NCBI GenBank assembly: GCA_963727865.1
Contig: CAVSHY010000019.1
Span: 73,683-137,682 of the forward strand
DNA: 64,000 bases
Reading direction: 5' to 3'
Source: an uncultured delta proteobacterium
Lineage (GTDB): Bacteria > Desulfobacterota > GWC2-55-46
The notes beneath the pieces are model-generated. The model had not been told where the DNA came from, did no database searches, and saw only the letters and a program-made list of their open reading frames with translations. Below, one piece after another: positions 9,491 through 18,383 of the stretch. A program made the position numbers and the translations under genes. Positions within the stretch are counted from its first letter, which is position 1. Each line of letters starts with the position of its first letter.

Positions 9491-9802
9491 TTAACCCGAA
9501 ATTTCCGGGACCTCAATTTTAAGCGCCTGACAGACCGAGGAACACCTTGTACAATAATGTGAATGAGTCAGTTCGTATTCCTTGTAAATAGGGCATGTTG
9601 AGCATATACAATCCTTTTCCCATTGAATCTTTTTGCTCACGCCTATCATGGGGAAACAGTACCCTATGGGATTGTCGCCTTTCACATAGCTCGTGCATGC
9701 CTGGCACTTACAGTTTTTAATGACATAATCCTGTTTTTTAGTTGACTCAGCATCCGTCATCGTCTCTACGTCGAACTTGTCAATCCTGTCGAACTTACCC
9801 AT
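9491..9802 (-). CDS. DUF2769-like 10-cysteine small protein, paralogue B
   Basis: 103 aa. Same 10 Cys positions as paralogue A. The two share a 77-nt core with only 2 mismatches. Confidence 0.6.
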   Translation of the reverse strand: MGKFDRIDKFDVETMTDAESTKKQDYVIKNCKCQACTSYVKGDNPIGYCFPMIGVSKKIQWEKDCICSTCPIYKEYELTHSHYCTRCSSVCQALKIEVPEISG

Positions 9803-9859
9803 ATTTACCCCTCCTTGAAATCGTTATGAGCATGACCATAAAATGGCCATGCTCGTAAC

Positions 9860-9868
9860 ATTATAGCA
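9860..9868 (-). promoter_or_regulatory. Extended -10 promoter element (TGCTATAAT) for paralogue B
   Basis: Minus strand reads TGCTATAAT about 58 nt upstream of the ATG at 9802. Confidence 0.4.
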
Positions 9869-10011
9869 GATTTTTTTTGTCCTGCCTGATAGGGTTTTTT
9901 TTACGATTCCCTATTTGGCCTGGCCTTCCCTCTTTAAAGTATTGTTATTTCTTTCAGCCTGACCCGCCATTTTGGCAAAATCGGTCCACAGGCCGAGCCT
10001 GCGTGCTGGTT

Positions 10012-11643
10012 CTACATTGTCCTATCAGCCGGCCATGAATCCTTGGCCTTATCCCACCAGGTGCCCCATTTGTTGCCCCAGTCTCCCCGCTCAGCGCCGG
10101 GACGGGTGTAAAACCACCACTGGATTATGGCGGCAATGATAAAGAATATGGTCGCGCCCACGAAAAACGTAACTGGCGAGCCGGTCTTCGCTATCGACAT
10201 GCCGATAAGAATTGCGAATACAAAAGGCCCGTATGCGGCCCATGCGCCTGTCCACCCGAGCGCCTGCGCGCCCTTCCTCGCTGAATAGGCGAAGACTATC
10301 GGATACAGTCTGAACGTGGCCGAGTTGCCCACCCCCGTCCAGAAGAATATCCAGAGCATGCCGCCGACGAATAAGGGGAAGACGGCAAGAGACGTAGGCG
10401 TAAGAGCGCCGGTCGCTATGAGGAATACGCACCCCGCAATCTGTGCCACGATCGCTAACTGCGTCAGGATGGCTCCGCCCCACTTGTCGGACGGCGCTCC
10501 GAAGGCGAAGCGAACCGCCCCGCCTATCATAGGCCCGATGAAGGCGTACTTCAAGGGGTCCGGCGCGCCCGGGAAGCCGCCGTATACGACCTTTATCAGG
10601 AGAGGAAACGCCGCGGCAAAACCCGCGAACGAACCGAATGTCGAGAAATATGTTATGGTGCATAACCATCCGTGCTTGTCTTTGACTATCTTCAACTGCT
10701 CAGAGATGGACGCCTTGATCGGAACGCTCTTTAAGAATATGGCGCAGATAACGAAAGTGACAACCAGTATGGGCACATACCAGAGCAGTGCGTTCTGTAC
10801 CCACATGTCCTTTTTGATAACCTTCTTTACCTGAACGTCGGTTACCGCGCCAGTCGCCGGGTCCTTCTTGACCTCCAGCTTGATGTTCTTGTTAGCGTCG
10901 GACTCAACCTTGACGATGTCCTTTACGACGTTGCCTTCCTTGGTTATCGTGAAGCTTGATACAAGCGCCGGGTCGTTTACAGTAACGTCCTTAACGACGT
11001 TACCCTCTTTTGCCACCACAACCGTCTTGAGCGTGTCGGCCTTGGTGAATACCTGCGGGGAGAAGGAGAACACGCCGAATACCGCAAAGGTTATTATCCA
11101 CGGCGTAATGAACTGGGCCAAGCCCACGCCGAAGTTTGCTATGCCGGCTTGAATGCCCATTGCAGTACCCTGAAGCCTCTTTGGAAAGAAAAGGCTCGAT
11201 GACGGCATGAACGAAGAGAAGTCACCTCCACCAAAGCCCGTGAGAAAGGCAAAAACCATGAAGAACATAAACGACGTGTTAGGGTTCATGACGGCTATCG
11301 CAAGGCCGATGCAGGGGATGACCTTTATGAGTGTAGCCACGCTTACCGTAAGTCTTGTGCCAAATATCGGTATGAGGAAGGAGTGAATGGTGCGGAAAAG
11401 CCCGGAGGCAAGCCCGGGTATGGCCAAAAGCCAGAAGAGCTGATTGGTGTCGAACTTAAAGCCGATGCTCGGCAACCTTACAACGACGGCGCTCATCGTG
11501 AACCATGTCGCGAATGAAAAGATGAGGCTGAATGTCGTGATAACGAGCGTCCGCCATGCCAACCCGCTGTTTTCTTTCCAGAATTGCGGGTCTTCAGGCG
11601 TCCACTTTTCTAACCATGTTGCCATAAGGGTTGCTCCTTTCAC
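10012..11643 (-). CDS. narK: NarK-type MFS nitrate/nitrite transporter with a large extra loop
   Basis: 543 aa, 12-TM MFS. NarK-like glycine-rich motifs (GFGGGDFSS, GIQAGIANFG, GNSATF). Lies directly downstream of narGHJI. Confidence 0.85.
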   Translation of the reverse strand: MKGATLMATWLEKWTPEDPQFWKENSGLAWRTLVITTFSLIFSFATWFTMSAVVVRLPSIGFKFDTNQLFWLLAIPGLASGLFRTIHSFLIPIFGTRLTVSVATLIKVIPCIGLAIAVMNPNTSFMFFMVFAFLTGFGGGDFSSFMPSSSLFFPKRLQGTAMGIQAGIANFGVGLAQFITPWIITFAVFGVFSFSPQVFTKADTLKTVVVAKEGNVVKDVTVNDPALVSSFTITKEGNVVKDIVKVESDANKNIKLEVKKDPATGAVTDVQVKKVIKKDMWVQNALLWYVPILVVTFVICAIFLKSVPIKASISEQLKIVKDKHGWLCTITYFSTFGSFAGFAAAFPLLIKVVYGGFPGAPDPLKYAFIGPMIGGAVRFAFGAPSDKWGGAILTQLAIVAQIAGCVFLIATGALTPTSLAVFPLFVGGMLWIFFWTGVGNSATFRLYPIVFAYSARKGAQALGWTGAWAAYGPFVFAILIGMSIAKTGSPVTFFVGATIFFIIAAIIQWWFYTRPGAERGDWGNKWGTWWDKAKDSWPADRTM

Positions 11644-11844
11644 AAACGTTTTGATTTCTAACTTCTCCGGCTAAAACCGGACAACTCCATGAACTTAAGA
11701 CCAATGCTGTAACCGCCGACGGGCGGACACGGCGGCCTGTCCGCCTGCTCAACAGCCCCGGCACCATGCCGCACCGGTTGGATTACCCGGCTACGGCCTT
11801 GCTACGGGGCTTGCTGACAATTGTCATATTTGCGACATTCCGGC

Positions 11845-11877
11845 AAAAAAAGGGGGCGGGCTTAAAAGCCCGCCCCC
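11845..11877 (-). terminator. Intrinsic terminator after narI
   Basis: Perfect 10-bp stem (GGGGGCGGGC / GCCCGCCCCC) with a 6-nt loop, followed on the minus strand by T7. It lies 8 nt after the narI stop. Confidence 0.7.
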
Positions 11878-11884
11878 TTCAGCA

Positions 11885-12583
11885 TCACTTATACTGAATG
11901 ATATTCGTGGTTGAAGGAGCCCTCCTGTACCACCTTACGACCTGATAAGGCCTCCAGAGATACTTATACGGGTTTATAACCACAAAATGCGCCAGCCTTG
12001 AGAACGGAATAAGGGCAATGAACAGCATGGCGTTGAAGATGTGCACCCTTGTTATGAGCGGCAGGTTTCCGACATAGTCGACATTGGGGTTGAACTTGAA
12101 TATCGTCCACATCCAGGGCACCGCGGCCCCTGCGTACCAGTTGGAACCCCACCTGTAAAGGATGGCGTTCCCAAGCCCGGTTATCACCTGAACGAAAAGG
12201 ACGATGAGTACGAGAACGTCCCATGAGCTTGTCACGGCCTTTACCCTTGAGTTCGTCACCCTTCTGTAGATAAGCATAAGAAGGCCGAAGAAGGCCAAAA
12301 GGCCGAACGCGAGCGCGGTTATCTCTAATATATAGAGTCTAACCGGCACCCCGTTCCACGCGAGTATCGCGCCCGGGAAGAATATCCCGAAAATGTGCAG
12401 GACTAAGACTGTAAGTATCCCATAGTGCCATGGGAAGGACCCGAAAAACAGGGTCTTATTCTCCAGGAACTCCGAAGATTGGCTCGACCATGTGAACCTG
12501 TTGCCGGCGAATCTCCAGATGGTTCCGGCTATTGCTATCGTCAATAGCACGTACGGCATTGCGCCAAACAGAACTTGGTTCAT
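11885..12583 (-). CDS. narI: Respiratory nitrate reductase gamma subunit (cytochrome b)
   Basis: 232 aa, 5 TM helices. Two His pairs with NarI-like spacing (WHYGILTVLVLH and RVHIF...SRLAHF). Confidence 0.9.
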   Translation of the reverse strand: MNQVLFGAMPYVLLTIAIAGTIWRFAGNRFTWSSQSSEFLENKTLFFGSFPWHYGILTVLVLHIFGIFFPGAILAWNGVPVRLYILEITALAFGLLAFFGLLMLIYRRVTNSRVKAVTSSWDVLVLIVLFVQVITGLGNAILYRWGSNWYAGAAVPWMWTIFKFNPNVDYVGNLPLITRVHIFNAMLFIALIPFSRLAHFVVINPYKYLWRPYQVVRWYRRAPSTTNIIQYK

Positions 12584-13137
12584 TATTTAACCTCCTTAAC
12601 GTCTTTGTCTATGACTCTATAGATGGCATTTATGAGATGACTGTAGATATTCTTTCTGTTCTTTTCAAAGTTCTTATTCAGTTTTTCCATCGCCAGGATG
12701 ATGAACGTCTCCCTGAAATTCTTCTTCAGACCCTCATCTTTCAGGAACCCGAGGAATCTAAGGAGCACGGGGAGATGGTCAGGTAGTTCCCCTCTGGCTA
12801 CCTCGTCATAGGGGAACCCCTGTTCCTTATACATCGACTTTATTACCGCCAGCTGATTCGACCGCTTGAACCCGTCATAGATATGCGACCCCATGTCAAG
12901 CGTGTACTCTGTGGTGAGCTCGAAGGTGTAGGAGTATACCCCCTGGATGTCATCAAGGGGCACCTCCTCTATTTCCTTCTGGAATGCCTTGAACTCTTCC
13001 ATCGCCTCAGGGGGATACTGGGGATAATTGGCGAGGGCCTTGACGCATTCCCCGACCTTTATCTTGATATCCTCCTTCGGATATTCGAGTAACTCGGCAA
13101 AGTGACCGTATAAGCTCTTTTCCATGACCGTCATCAT
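12583..13137 (-). CDS. narJ: Nitrate reductase assembly chaperone (TorD/NarJ family)
   Basis: 184 aa. LPDHLPVLLRFL motif. Positioned between narH and narI; its stop overlaps the narI start. Confidence 0.8.
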   Translation of the reverse strand: MMTVMEKSLYGHFAELLEYPKEDIKIKVGECVKALANYPQYPPEAMEEFKAFQKEIEEVPLDDIQGVYSYTFELTTEYTLDMGSHIYDGFKRSNQLAVIKSMYKEQGFPYDEVARGELPDHLPVLLRFLGFLKDEGLKKNFRETFIILAMEKLNKNFEKNRKNIYSHLINAIYRVIDKDVKEVK

Positions 13138-13141
13138 CAGA

Positions 13142-14662
13142 TTACCACTGCCTTCCTATGAGTTCTTTCCGCTTGTTGCCGAAGCCAACCGTGCCTCTCT
13201 TCTCGTACATTGTCCTCGGGTCAACACTGGACATCGACTCGCGATGGGTTTCGGGTATCACGAACCTTTCCTGGAAGGTGGCGAGCGATACCAGCCTGTA
13301 GATCTCATCGGCGTCCTGAGTAGTGAGACCCACCTGTGAAAGGGCGGATTTCGCGTTGCTCTCGCCGACATCCCCTACTCTTTGCTGGCGTATATAAAGC
13401 CTTACGGCCATCTGCTTCTTGAGCGATTCGAGAACGACCTGCTCATTGCCCGCGGAAAGGAGGTTCGCGAGGAACCTTACCGGAATCCTCATCTTATCTA
13501 ACTGGTTGAAGAATTCCATTGACTCCGGGTCAAACATCCCGCCGGTATCCGCCTTTGACTGGTGGAGTATCGGCGAAAGAGGCGGCAGATAGAAGTTCAT
13601 CGGGAGCGTCCTGAATTCCGGATGGTTTGGCATCGAAAGGCGCCACTTCTTGAAGAACTTCCATGACGGAGATTGCTGCGCCGCGGCTATCCAGTTCTCG
13701 TCTATGCCGGCCTTTCTGGCGGCTTCCTGAACACGCGGGTCAGTGGGATCGAGTACTATATCCCTCATCGCGTCGACAAGCCTTTCATCCGGCGTCTTCG
13801 CGACCTCTTCTATCCTGTCGGCGTCATAGAATAGCACTCCGACGAACCTGATCCTTCCTGTGCACGAGTGGGCGCAGGCGTTTGCCTGGCCGGTCTCGGT
13901 CCTCGGATAGCAGAATATGCACTTCTCTGACTTACCGGTCGCCCAGTTGTAATAGGGCTTCTTAAAGGGGCACGCGCTCACGCAGAACCTCCACGCGCGG
14001 CATGTGTCCTGGTCGATAAGGACGATACCGTCCTCGCCCCTCTTGTATATCGCGCCTGAAGGACAGGACGCCACGCAAGCGGGGTTCAGGCAGTGGTTGC
14101 ATATCCTCGGAAGATAGAAGAAGAAGAGCTTGTGGAACTTGGTCAGAAGCTCCTTCTGCGACTCCGAAAGCCCCTTGAGGTTCGGGTCGTTCGCCGCGTA
14201 AAGAGGCGAGCCACCCATATCGTCGTCCCAGTTAGGGCCGAGGACTATCTTCTCCATGAACTCGCCCGTAATGAGCGACTTGGGCCTCGCCACCGGCTGG
14301 TCATCGCCAGCCGGAGCGTTGAAGAGGTTCTGGTAGTCGAAGGTAAACGGCTCATAGTAGTCGTCTATGGTCGGCAGGTTTGGCTGAAAGAATATGTTCG
14401 CCAGCGTCCTGATCTTGCCGGGACCCTTAAGGAGCTTCAACCTGAGGTTGCCTCCCGAGACCTCCCAGCCGCCCCTGTATCTCTCCTGATCTTCCCATGT
14501 CAGGGGGTATCCGGTGCCGGGTTTCGTCTCGACGTTGTTCCACCACATGTACTCGGCGCCCCTGCGTGTCGTCCATATGTTCTTGCAGGCCACGCTGCAC
14601 AGGTGGCAGCCTATGCATTTATCCATGTGAAAACTCATTGAAAGCTGCGCTCTTATATCCAT
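13142..14662 (-). CDS. narH: Respiratory nitrate reductase beta subunit (Fe-S)
   Basis: 506 aa. Four ferredoxin-type Cys groups (CIGCHLCSVACK, CNHCLNPACVASCP, CRAWRFCVSACP, CIFCYPR...CAHSCTGRIRF). Confidence 0.95.
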   Translation of the reverse strand: MDIRAQLSMSFHMDKCIGCHLCSVACKNIWTTRRGAEYMWWNNVETKPGTGYPLTWEDQERYRGGWEVSGGNLRLKLLKGPGKIRTLANIFFQPNLPTIDDYYEPFTFDYQNLFNAPAGDDQPVARPKSLITGEFMEKIVLGPNWDDDMGGSPLYAANDPNLKGLSESQKELLTKFHKLFFFYLPRICNHCLNPACVASCPSGAIYKRGEDGIVLIDQDTCRAWRFCVSACPFKKPYYNWATGKSEKCIFCYPRTETGQANACAHSCTGRIRFVGVLFYDADRIEEVAKTPDERLVDAMRDIVLDPTDPRVQEAARKAGIDENWIAAAQQSPSWKFFKKWRLSMPNHPEFRTLPMNFYLPPLSPILHQSKADTGGMFDPESMEFFNQLDKMRIPVRFLANLLSAGNEQVVLESLKKQMAVRLYIRQQRVGDVGESNAKSALSQVGLTTQDADEIYRLVSLATFQERFVIPETHRESMSSVDPRTMYEKRGTVGFGNKRKELIGRQW

Positions 14663-14663
14663 A

Positions 14664-17600
14664 TTACCACTTCACCTCCTGGTTTCTCATTTTTCTCACC
14701 AACACGGTAGTGTCCCTGATGATCGGGATCGGGCCCCAGGCGTTGAAGCCGTACGAGAACTGGCCGTAACCTCCGGTCATAAGTGTCGGTTTGAGGCGCT
14801 GCCTTGTGAGGCTGTTGTGGAAGCCGCCTCTGATCTTATTCCTCTGCTCAGCCTTGGGGACGTTAATTGTCCTTTCCATGGAGTGGTAGGCGAAGGCTGC
14901 ACCGGCCGGGATCCTCGCGCTTACGACCGCGCGGCATACGAATATGCCGTTGTCGTTATACGCCTCTACCCAGTCGTTGTCCTTTATGCCGACGCTTTCG
15001 GCCTCTCTGTCGTTGACCCATATGGAGTTGCCGCCGCGGGAAAGGGTCAACATCCTCAGGTTGTCATAGTGGGTTGAATGTATCTGCCACTTACCGTGAG
15101 GCGTGATGTACTGAAGGTGAAGCGCGTCAGCCTTGTCGCTCTTCTGGATCTCGTTCATCTTGGCGGGGTTGAGCTTGTATTTACTGCATGAAAGCCCCTC
15201 TCCGAAATATAAGAATATCGGATGATCGAGGTAGAAGTGCTGCCGGCCTGTCAGCGTCCTCCAGGGCACCATGTGCTCGGTCTGGATCGTCCATGTGCCG
15301 TAAGCCCTGCCTCTCCTGTTGTCACCGGTCCAGAGCGGGGTGGTTAGCCACCTTCTCGGCTGGGCCACGATGTCATCGTAGGTCATGGTGACGTTCCTCT
15401 CGCCGCTCGCCAGTTCATGGGCAAGACCGTGGACCCTGTCGTTAGGTATCAAGTACTTGATGCCTGGGTGGATCGACTGAGCGGCCTTCCTGGCCGCCTG
15501 GTAGGTCTCCCCGGATAGCCCGGTGTGGTGCTCCTCTTCATACCACTGCCTGAAGCAGACCTCTCCGTTCGTCGCGCCGGAGAAGGCGAGGACGAAGTTA
15601 GCGGCGTCCTTGGCCGTATCCATCGCAATGAGCTTATGGCCGTTTACTTCCTTGACGTCTATATGCGGCTGGTTCATGTAATTCTCGTAGAGATCCTTAC
15701 AGTCGAGCATGATGCCGTGGAAGCCGTACTTGCCTTTCTGAAGAGGCCCAACGGTAGTGTACATGTCGTAGATCTTGGTGAAGTCCCTCTCTACGACGGT
15801 GAAGTTGGGCATGGTTTTACCCGGGATAGCCTCGCACTGCCCCTTCTTCCAGTCCTGAATGCCGTTCAGGGCGGGCTGGGTTATTTCGCCCGGGGTATCG
15901 TGCATGAGAGGTGTAGAGACGATATCCTTTATAGGCTTCGGCAGGTGCTTCTTGGCAAGGTCCGAGAACTTAAGTGACAGGAACTTGAACGCGTCCCAGT
16001 CGCTCTTCGATTCCCAGTTCGGCTGTACGGCCGCGCCCATCGGGTGGACGAATGAATGGAGTTCCGTGGTGTTGAGATCCTCCTTCTCGTACCAGTGGGC
16101 CGCCGGGAGAACGATGTCGCAGTAGGTCGGGGTAGTGTTCATACGCATATTAAGGTCGACTAAAAGGTCGAGTTTCCCGAGCGGGGATTCCCTGTACTTC
16201 ATCTCCTTAATATACGGTTTCGCGATCTCTTCAGCTATTGTGTTATTGTGCGTTCCGAGGACGTATTTGAAGAAGTACTCCTGTCCTCTGGCGCTGGAGC
16301 CGAGCGCGTTACCGCGCCATATCATCCAGACCCTCGGCCAGTTCTCCGGCGCGTCAGGGTCCTGCATGGAGAACTCGAGCGCTCCGCTCTTGAGCTGCTT
16401 TACCGTATAATCCACGATCTCGGCGTCGGTCTTGGCCCCCGCCTTCTGAGCCTCTTCGACTACGGTGAGGTTGCTCTTGTTGAACTGCGGATAGCAGGGT
16501 AGCCATCCCATCCTGACCGCCCTTACGTTATAATCAGCGGTGTGCTGGAACTCAAGGGCGTTCTTATCCGGGACGTTGTGATAATCCGCGATCGCCCCGT
16601 CGAACTTGAACATCTCGGTATTAATATACCAGAAGCTCGGGTTGTTCATGAGCCTCGGAGGCCTGTACCAGTCGAGCGAGTGGGCTATCTGCCCCCATGA
16701 ATCGAACATGGCGAGCTTTTCCTGTCCGACGTAATGCTGGAGCCCGCCGCCGTTCCTTCCGACGCAGCCGCAGAGCATAAGGGCGTCCATCATCGTCCTG
16801 TACATAAGGTCTGAGTGATACCAGTGGTTGTAGCTCGCTCCGACTATGCACGTCGAACGGCCCTTTGTCACTTCCGCGTTCGCGGCGAATTCCCTGGCTA
16901 CCTGGATTACCGTATTACGGCCGATCCCGGTGTATTTTTCCTGCCATGCCGGGGTGAAGCCCCTGTCGTCATCATAATTTTTGCAGTATTCGCCTGAAAG
17001 GCCCTTGCGCTGCACGCCTACGTGGGCGATCTTAAGGTCGAATACCGTGCAGACCGGCACCCTTCCCTCCTTGGTCTCCACGTATTTTACGGGCACCTGC
17101 CTCTTGTACTTCTCGGGCTTATCGAGTTCATAGAAGACCACGTCAAGGGCGTCGTCCTTAAAGTCAAGGACTGATAAGGCCGCAGAGATGTCTTCGCCGG
17201 TCTTGCCGTCCTTAAGGAGCGTATTCCACTTGCCGTGTTCCTTGTGGCCGAACCTGTAGCCGACTCCGCCGTTTACGACCCTTGGCCTGCCGGTCTTTTC
17301 GTCCCACATCGCGAATTTCCATTCAGGGTTTTCGTCGTTGGCGTATTCGTTAAGGTCGCAGGCCTTTAAGAGCCGGCCCATTTCATAGCCGTCCTTGCCC
17401 TTTGTGAGCTTTACAAGGTGAGCGATGTCCGTAAAGTGTTTTATGTAGTCAACGAAGTACTTGACCTGCCTGTCCACGAAGAACTCTTTAAGGATGACAT
17501 GGTTAATGCCCATCCAGAAAGCGGCGTCAGAGCCCGGCTTTACCGGAACCCAGAGGTCGGCGTATTTCGCGACCTGGTTGTAGTCAGGCGCCTCAACGAC

Positions 17601-18383
17601 GACCTTCGCCCCGCCGTGCCTCAACTCGGAAACGAAGTGGCAGTCAGCGGTCCTTGTCATGTTCGGGTTTGCGCCGGCTATGACCACGTACCCGGCATTG
17701 TACCAGTCCGCGCTTTCGCAGGAGTCTGTCTGCTCGCCCCATACCTCGGGCTCGGCCGGCGGAAGGTCCGTATAGTAGTCATAGAAGCTCAGGTGAACTC
17801 CACCGATAAGCTGGTGATACCTCGCGCCTGAGGTATAGCTGATCTGAGACATCGCGGGGATAGGCGAAAAAGCTATGTTCCTGTCCGGCCCGTACTTCTT
17901 AATGGTGTATATCTGGGCCGCGGTTATGATCTCGGCCGCGGTATCCCAATCGAACCTGCGGAATCCGCCCTTACCCCTCGACCATTTAATCTTCTTATGA
18001 AGCTCGGCATTATCAACGATGCTCTTCCAGGCGTCAACCGGGTCAGTGTGCTTTGACTTCGCCTCTTTCCAGGCGTCCATGAGGATGCCGCGGACGTAAG
18101 GATATTTTATCCTGACCGGGCTGTAGACGTACCATGACGCCGACACGCCCCTCTGGCATCCTCTCGGCTCATAGGGCGGAAGAGTTTGCTCGAGTTTCGG
18201 GTAGTCAAGCGCCTGAAGTTCCCATGTGATGATGCCGTCTTTTACATAAACCATCCAGGAGCAGCCGCCCGTGCAGTTATTGCCGTGCGTGGACCTTACG
18301 GTCTTGTCGTACTGCCAGCGGTTCCTGTAAAATTCTTCCCAACCTCTTTTTCCGGGGTTTATTTCATCTTGTATCCAAGCCAT
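14664..18383 (-). CDS. narG: Respiratory nitrate reductase alpha subunit (Mo-bisMGD), no Tat signal
   Basis: 1239 aa. FS0 motif HGNNCTGGCSW close to the N-terminus, and no twin-arginine leader. The whole length is NarG-like. Confidence 0.95.
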   Translation of the reverse strand: MAWIQDEINPGKRGWEEFYRNRWQYDKTVRSTHGNNCTGGCSWMVYVKDGIITWELQALDYPKLEQTLPPYEPRGCQRGVSASWYVYSPVRIKYPYVRGILMDAWKEAKSKHTDPVDAWKSIVDNAELHKKIKWSRGKGGFRRFDWDTAAEIITAAQIYTIKKYGPDRNIAFSPIPAMSQISYTSGARYHQLIGGVHLSFYDYYTDLPPAEPEVWGEQTDSCESADWYNAGYVVIAGANPNMTRTADCHFVSELRHGGAKVVVEAPDYNQVAKYADLWVPVKPGSDAAFWMGINHVILKEFFVDRQVKYFVDYIKHFTDIAHLVKLTKGKDGYEMGRLLKACDLNEYANDENPEWKFAMWDEKTGRPRVVNGGVGYRFGHKEHGKWNTLLKDGKTGEDISAALSVLDFKDDALDVVFYELDKPEKYKRQVPVKYVETKEGRVPVCTVFDLKIAHVGVQRKGLSGEYCKNYDDDRGFTPAWQEKYTGIGRNTVIQVAREFAANAEVTKGRSTCIVGASYNHWYHSDLMYRTMMDALMLCGCVGRNGGGLQHYVGQEKLAMFDSWGQIAHSLDWYRPPRLMNNPSFWYINTEMFKFDGAIADYHNVPDKNALEFQHTADYNVRAVRMGWLPCYPQFNKSNLTVVEEAQKAGAKTDAEIVDYTVKQLKSGALEFSMQDPDAPENWPRVWMIWRGNALGSSARGQEYFFKYVLGTHNNTIAEEIAKPYIKEMKYRESPLGKLDLLVDLNMRMNTTPTYCDIVLPAAHWYEKEDLNTTELHSFVHPMGAAVQPNWESKSDWDAFKFLSLKFSDLAKKHLPKPIKDIVSTPLMHDTPGEITQPALNGIQDWKKGQCEAIPGKTMPNFTVVERDFTKIYDMYTTVGPLQKGKYGFHGIMLDCKDLYENYMNQPHIDVKEVNGHKLIAMDTAKDAANFVLAFSGATNGEVCFRQWYEEEHHTGLSGETYQAARKAAQSIHPGIKYLIPNDRVHGLAHELASGERNVTMTYDDIVAQPRRWLTTPLWTGDNRRGRAYGTWTIQTEHMVPWRTLTGRQHFYLDHPIFLYFGEGLSCSKYKLNPAKMNEIQKSDKADALHLQYITPHGKWQIHSTHYDNLRMLTLSRGGNSIWVNDREAESVGIKDNDWVEAYNDNGIFVCRAVVSARIPAGAAFAYHSMERTINVPKAEQRNKIRGGFHNSLTRQRLKPTLMTGGYGQFSYGFNAWGPIPIIRDTTVLVRKMRNQEVKW

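Noticed and set aside
10091-10669. 192-aa Arg-rich ORF in another frame within narK.
   Set aside because: It overlaps a clear 12-TM NarK reading frame. Its composition is that of an off-frame translation.
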